From an uncultured Verrucomicrobiae bacterium (GTDB lineage Bacteria > Verrucomicrobiota > Verrucomicrobiia > Chthoniobacterales > Chthoniobacteraceae): DNA of 64,000 nt. The notes under the pieces are model-generated. The model saw nothing but the letters and a program-made list of their open reading frames with translations. It was not told the DNA's origin and made no database searches. The stretch is taken from contig CAWIKF010000001.1 in NCBI GenBank assembly GCA_963836755.1, positions 608,001 to 672,000 of the forward strand, written 5' to 3'. The position numbers were made by a program, and so were the translations under genes. Of this stretch, positions 60,583 through 64,000 are shown piece by piece; positions within the stretch are counted from its first letter, which is position 1; each line of letters opens with the position of its first letter.

Positions 60583-63345
60583 ATGGCAGTCCCCATGCGC
60601 TCCACTTTTGCTCCGGCTTCAAACGTCGCACTCATCGAAGAAAATTATGCGCGCTGGAAAAGCGACCCCGCGTCCGTCGATCCGGGGTGGGCGGCGTTTT
60701 TCGACGGCTTCGAACTCGGTCTCGTCCATAAATCCAACGGCGCCGCGGCCGCAAAGGACGAAACTTTCAGCGCCGAGACTCCTTTGCAAACGCGCGTCGA
60801 CGGCCTCGTCTACGCGTATCGGACGCTCGGCCACACCATCGCGCGGCTCGATCCGCTGACGGAGGATCGGCCCGAGCAGCCGCTTCTTTCGCTGCGCGAA
60901 TTGGGTTTTAGAGAAAGTGATCTCGACCTTGTCGTGGCGTCAAAGTTTTGGCTCGGCGGGCAGCGCGTCAAACTTCGCGAGATGATTGCGTGGCTCCAAA
61001 AAGTCTACGCCGGCACCGTGGGCGTCGAGTTCATGCACATCCAAAACATCCGCGTGCGGAATTGGGTGCGCGAGCGTGTGGAAGCGCGTCCGGCGGATGC
61101 GGACGTGCCGCGCAAGACGCAGATTTCCTATCTGCGCGAGCTGCTCGAGGCAGAAAGTTTCGAGAACTTTTTGCACACGAAATACGTCGGGCAGAAACGG
61201 TTTTCGCTCGAGGGCGCGGAGTCGCTCATGGTCTCACTGCAAGCCGTCTACGACAAATGTATAACAAACGGTGTGCGCGAGATCGTGATGGGCATGGCGC
61301 ACCGCGGCCGGCTCAACGTGCTTGCAAACTTTCTCTGCAAATCGCTTACCACGCTCTTCGCGGAGTTCTCGGAAAACTTTGTTCCCAATCTCGTCGCGGG
61401 CGATGGCGACGTGAAATATCACCTCGGTTATGTGACCGAACGCACAGCGCCCGACGGGACAAAACTCGGCATCCGCCTCGCGTCAAACCCGAGCCATCTC
61501 GAAGCTGTGAATTCCGTCGTCGAAGGCATGGCGCGCGCGCGGCAGCGCATTTTGAAAGATACCGAGGAACGCAAAACCGTGCTGCCATTGCTTATTCATG
61601 GCGACGCCGCTTTCGCCGGCCAGGGCACTGTCGCCGAAGTGTTAAACATGTCGCAACTGCCCGGCTACAAGACCGGCGGCACCGTCCACGTCATCGTCAA
61701 CAACCAGATCGGATTCACCACGTTGCCCGCCGACGCGCGCTCATCGAGCTATGCGACCGACGTCGCGAAAATGATCGAGGCGCCGATCCTTCACGTGAAC
61801 GGCGACGACCCGCTGGCCGTCGCATGGGTCACGCAAATCGCGTTTGATTTTCGGCAGCAATTCCATCGCGACATCGTTGTCGACATGTATTGCTACCGCC
61901 GCCACGGGCACAACGAAGGCGACGAGCCGCTTTTTACGCAACCGTCGCTTTACGCCGAAATTGAGACGCATCCGTCGGTGGCAACGTTGTTTAAAAAACG
62001 ATTGATCGAGACCGGCGTGCTCGACGACGAAGGTGCGGAACAACTGGAACAGGAATTCGAGACCCGCCTCGACGCTGCGTTGAAAGAAGTGAAACAAGCG
62101 GAGCAGCAAAAGCCGGAGGAAAAAAACTCCAGCTATCACGAATCGAGCGCAATCTTCCAGCCGCCGTATTCGCATGCGCCGGTTGAAACCGCGGTCACCA
62201 AAGAATGCATCGAGCAGATCGTAAAAGCGCTCACCAGCGTGCCCGAGAATTTCAACGTGTTGCCGAAAGTCAAACGGATGTTGCTGGACCGGCGCGCGCA
62301 GATTTTGAAAAACGGCGGCCCATTCGACTGGGCTTATGCGGAGGCGCTGGCATTCGGGTCGTTGCTCACAGAAGGTGTGCCGGTGCGGCTCAGCGGGCAG
62401 GACAGCCGCCGCGGAACTTTCAGCCAGCGGCATTCCGTGCTCTACGATGCGGAAACGCGCGAGCGGCACATTCCGCTGCTGCACATTGCTCCCGATCAGG
62501 CGCGTTTTTGCGTGTATAACAGTTTGTTATCGGAAGCCGCGGTGCTCGGTTTTGACTACGGCTACTCGCTAGATTTTCCAGAGATGCTCTGTCTCTGGGA
62601 AGCGCAGTTTGGCGACTTTGCGAATGGCGCGCAGGTCATTATCGACCAGTTCATCATCAGCGCGGAATCGAAATGGCAGCGGCCCAGCGGCATCGTCATG
62701 CTGCTCCCTCACGGTTACGAAGGCCAAGGGCCCGAGCATTCCAGCGCGCGGCTCGAACGCTTTCTCCAGCTTTGCGCCGAGGACAACATTCAGGTCTGCA
62801 ACGTCACCACGCCCGCGCAATATTTTCACGTGTTGCGCCGGCAGATGAAACGCAATTTCCGCAAGCCGCTCGTCATCATGACGCCGAAAAGTTTGCTACG
62901 GCTCGACAAGTGCGTTTCGACGCTCGACGATTTTACCAGCGGTCATTTCGTGGAGGTTCTTCCCGCGCCGCTGCTGGCGGCCGCCGAGGAAATCGATCGC
63001 GTGATTTTTTGCAGCGGAAAAGTGTATTACGATTTGTTAAACTATCGCGAGGCGAACCAGCGCACGCGCACCGCGATCCTGCGGCTCGAGCAGCTTTATC
63101 CACTGGACGAGACCGCGCTGCGCGAAATGCTCGCCGCGTTTCCGAACGCGGAAAAATATGTCTGGTGCCAGGAGGAATCGCAGAACATGGGCGCGTGGAG
63201 TTACATCAACTTCATCCTTCGCAAAATGTTCGACCGGCCCATCTGGTATGCCGGCCGCAACGCTAGCTCCAGCCCCGCCGTCGGCTCGCTCGCGATCCAC
63301 AAGCGCGAGCAAAAGTTAATAGTTGAAGACGCTTTCAACCTCTAG
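60583..63345 (+). CDS. sucA: 2-oxoglutarate dehydrogenase E1
   Basis: KRFSLEG, GMAHRGRLN, HGDAAFAGQG, WEAQFGDF and GPEHSSAR motifs. Confidence 0.97.
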   Translation: MAVPMRSTFAPASNVALIEENYARWKSDPASVDPGWAAFFDGFELGLVHKSNGAAAAKDETFSAETPLQTRVDGLVYAYRTLGHTIARLDPLTEDRPEQPLLSLRELGFRESDLDLVVASKFWLGGQRVKLREMIAWLQKVYAGTVGVEFMHIQNIRVRNWVRERVEARPADADVPRKTQISYLRELLEAESFENFLHTKYVGQKRFSLEGAESLMVSLQAVYDKCITNGVREIVMGMAHRGRLNVLANFLCKSLTTLFAEFSENFVPNLVAGDGDVKYHLGYVTERTAPDGTKLGIRLASNPSHLEAVNSVVEGMARARQRILKDTEERKTVLPLLIHGDAAFAGQGTVAEVLNMSQLPGYKTGGTVHVIVNNQIGFTTLPADARSSSYATDVAKMIEAPILHVNGDDPLAVAWVTQIAFDFRQQFHRDIVVDMYCYRRHGHNEGDEPLFTQPSLYAEIETHPSVATLFKKRLIETGVLDDEGAEQLEQEFETRLDAALKEVKQAEQQKPEEKNSSYHESSAIFQPPYSHAPVETAVTKECIEQIVKALTSVPENFNVLPKVKRMLLDRRAQILKNGGPFDWAYAEALAFGSLLTEGVPVRLSGQDSRRGTFSQRHSVLYDAETRERHIPLLHIAPDQARFCVYNSLLSEAAVLGFDYGYSLDFPEMLCLWEAQFGDFANGAQVIIDQFIISAESKWQRPSGIVMLLPHGYEGQGPEHSSARLERFLQLCAEDNIQVCNVTTPAQYFHVLRRQMKRNFRKPLVIMTPKSLLRLDKCVSTLDDFTSGHFVEVLPAPLLAAAEEIDRVIFCSGKVYYDLLNYREANQRTRTAILRLEQLYPLDETALREMLAAFPNAEKYVWCQEESQNMGAWSYINFILRKMFDRPIWYAGRNASSSPAVGSLAIHKREQKLIVEDAFNL

Positions 63346-63357
63346 CAGAACAGGCTC

Positions 63358-64000
63358 ATGAGCGACGTAAAAATCCCCGCGGTCGGCGAGTCCATCACCA
63401 GCGGACTCATCTCGACGTGGCATAAAAAAGATGGCGACCATGTCGATGCGGGTGACGTTTTGCTCACGCTGGAGACCGACAAAGTTTCCACCGAAATCAC
63501 TGCGGAAACCGCCGGCACGTTGAAGATAAAAGTGCCCGAGGGGCAGGAGGTAAAAATCGGCGAAGTCGTCGCCAGCATCGAGGCCGGCGCCGCTGCTCCG
63601 ACGAAAAAGAAGGAGAAAAAACAGCCTGAAGTTTTGCCCCCAAAACCGACCGGTCGTGTAGAAACGCCGACGCATTCCGAAGCGCCTGTCGTCGAAAAAG
63701 AAGCCGCGCCGGCCGCCAAGCCCGTCGCCGCGGCGCCCGTGGAAAAAGTCTCAGCCGTTGCCGAAAAAGAAGCCGCGCCCGCGGCAGCAGACGGCCGCTT
63801 CATGCGTAAAAAACTTTCGCCTTTGCGCCGCAAGATTGCCGCGCAGCTGGTGATGGCGCAGCAGAACGCGGCAATTTTAACTACATTTAACGAATGTGAT
63901 ATGTCTGGCGTGATGAGCCTGCGCGCGCGGATGCAGGAAAGTTTTCAGAAAGAGCATGGCATCAAGCTGGGATTCATGTCGTTTTTCATCAAGGCGGTCG
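63358..64000 (+). CDS. sucB: Dihydrolipoyllysine succinyltransferase E2, partial (runs off the window)
   Basis: Manual translation gives MSDVKIPAVGESI...LETDKVSTEI (lipoyl domain) and LRRKIA..L..AQ...AILTTFNECDM...KLGFMSFF. Confidence 0.93.
   Translation, partial: MSDVKIPAVGESITSGLISTWHKKDGDHVDAGDVLLTLETDKVSTEITAETAGTLKIKVPEGQEVKIGEVVASIEAGAAAPTKKKEKKQPEVLPPKPTGRVETPTHSEAPVVEKEAAPAAKPVAAAPVEKVSAVAEKEAAPAAADGRFMRKKLSPLRRKIAAQLVMAQQNAAILTTFNECDMSGVMSLRARMQESFQKEHGIKLGFMSFFIKAV

Overview
GC-rich bacterial chromosomal segment. Gene style and repeat types suggest Verrucomicrobiota, probably Spartobacteria/Chthoniobacterales-like; this is an inference, not a database result. Most of the window is housekeeping: ubiD/ubiA, mreBCD-mrdA-rng, htrA, recG, recJ, GH63 glucosidase, glucose dehydrogenase, leuA, hemB, coaX, pfkA, guaD-nadC-birA-kinase-xerC, sigma54-type amtB-glnK, rpsN, panE, purine nucleoside phosphorylase, nuoBC, gluQ, acpS, pdxJ, purH, UDG, fmt, adk, GT9, SRP RNA, sucA-sucB. 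Four accessory patches interrupt it (about 7.75-11.2, 22.1-25.4, 37.6-39.1 and 43-48 kb). Each patch is bordered by a different tandem array with an approximately 21-bp period. Two patches share one layout: 21-bp array, then an orphan cytoplasmic gene, then a lower-GC run of short genes separated by eroded integron attC-like sites, with no integron integrase in the window. This array/orphan/cassette arrangement is the best candidate for an undescribed system. Other points of note are a Leu-rich leader peptide before leuA, REP-like inverted repeats, a small membrane ORF missed by the ORF track, and three apparent +1 frameshifts in conserved genes (recG, glucose dehydrogenase, nuoC) that may be sequencing errors. 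No tRNA, rRNA, CRISPR array, transposase or phage gene was recognised.
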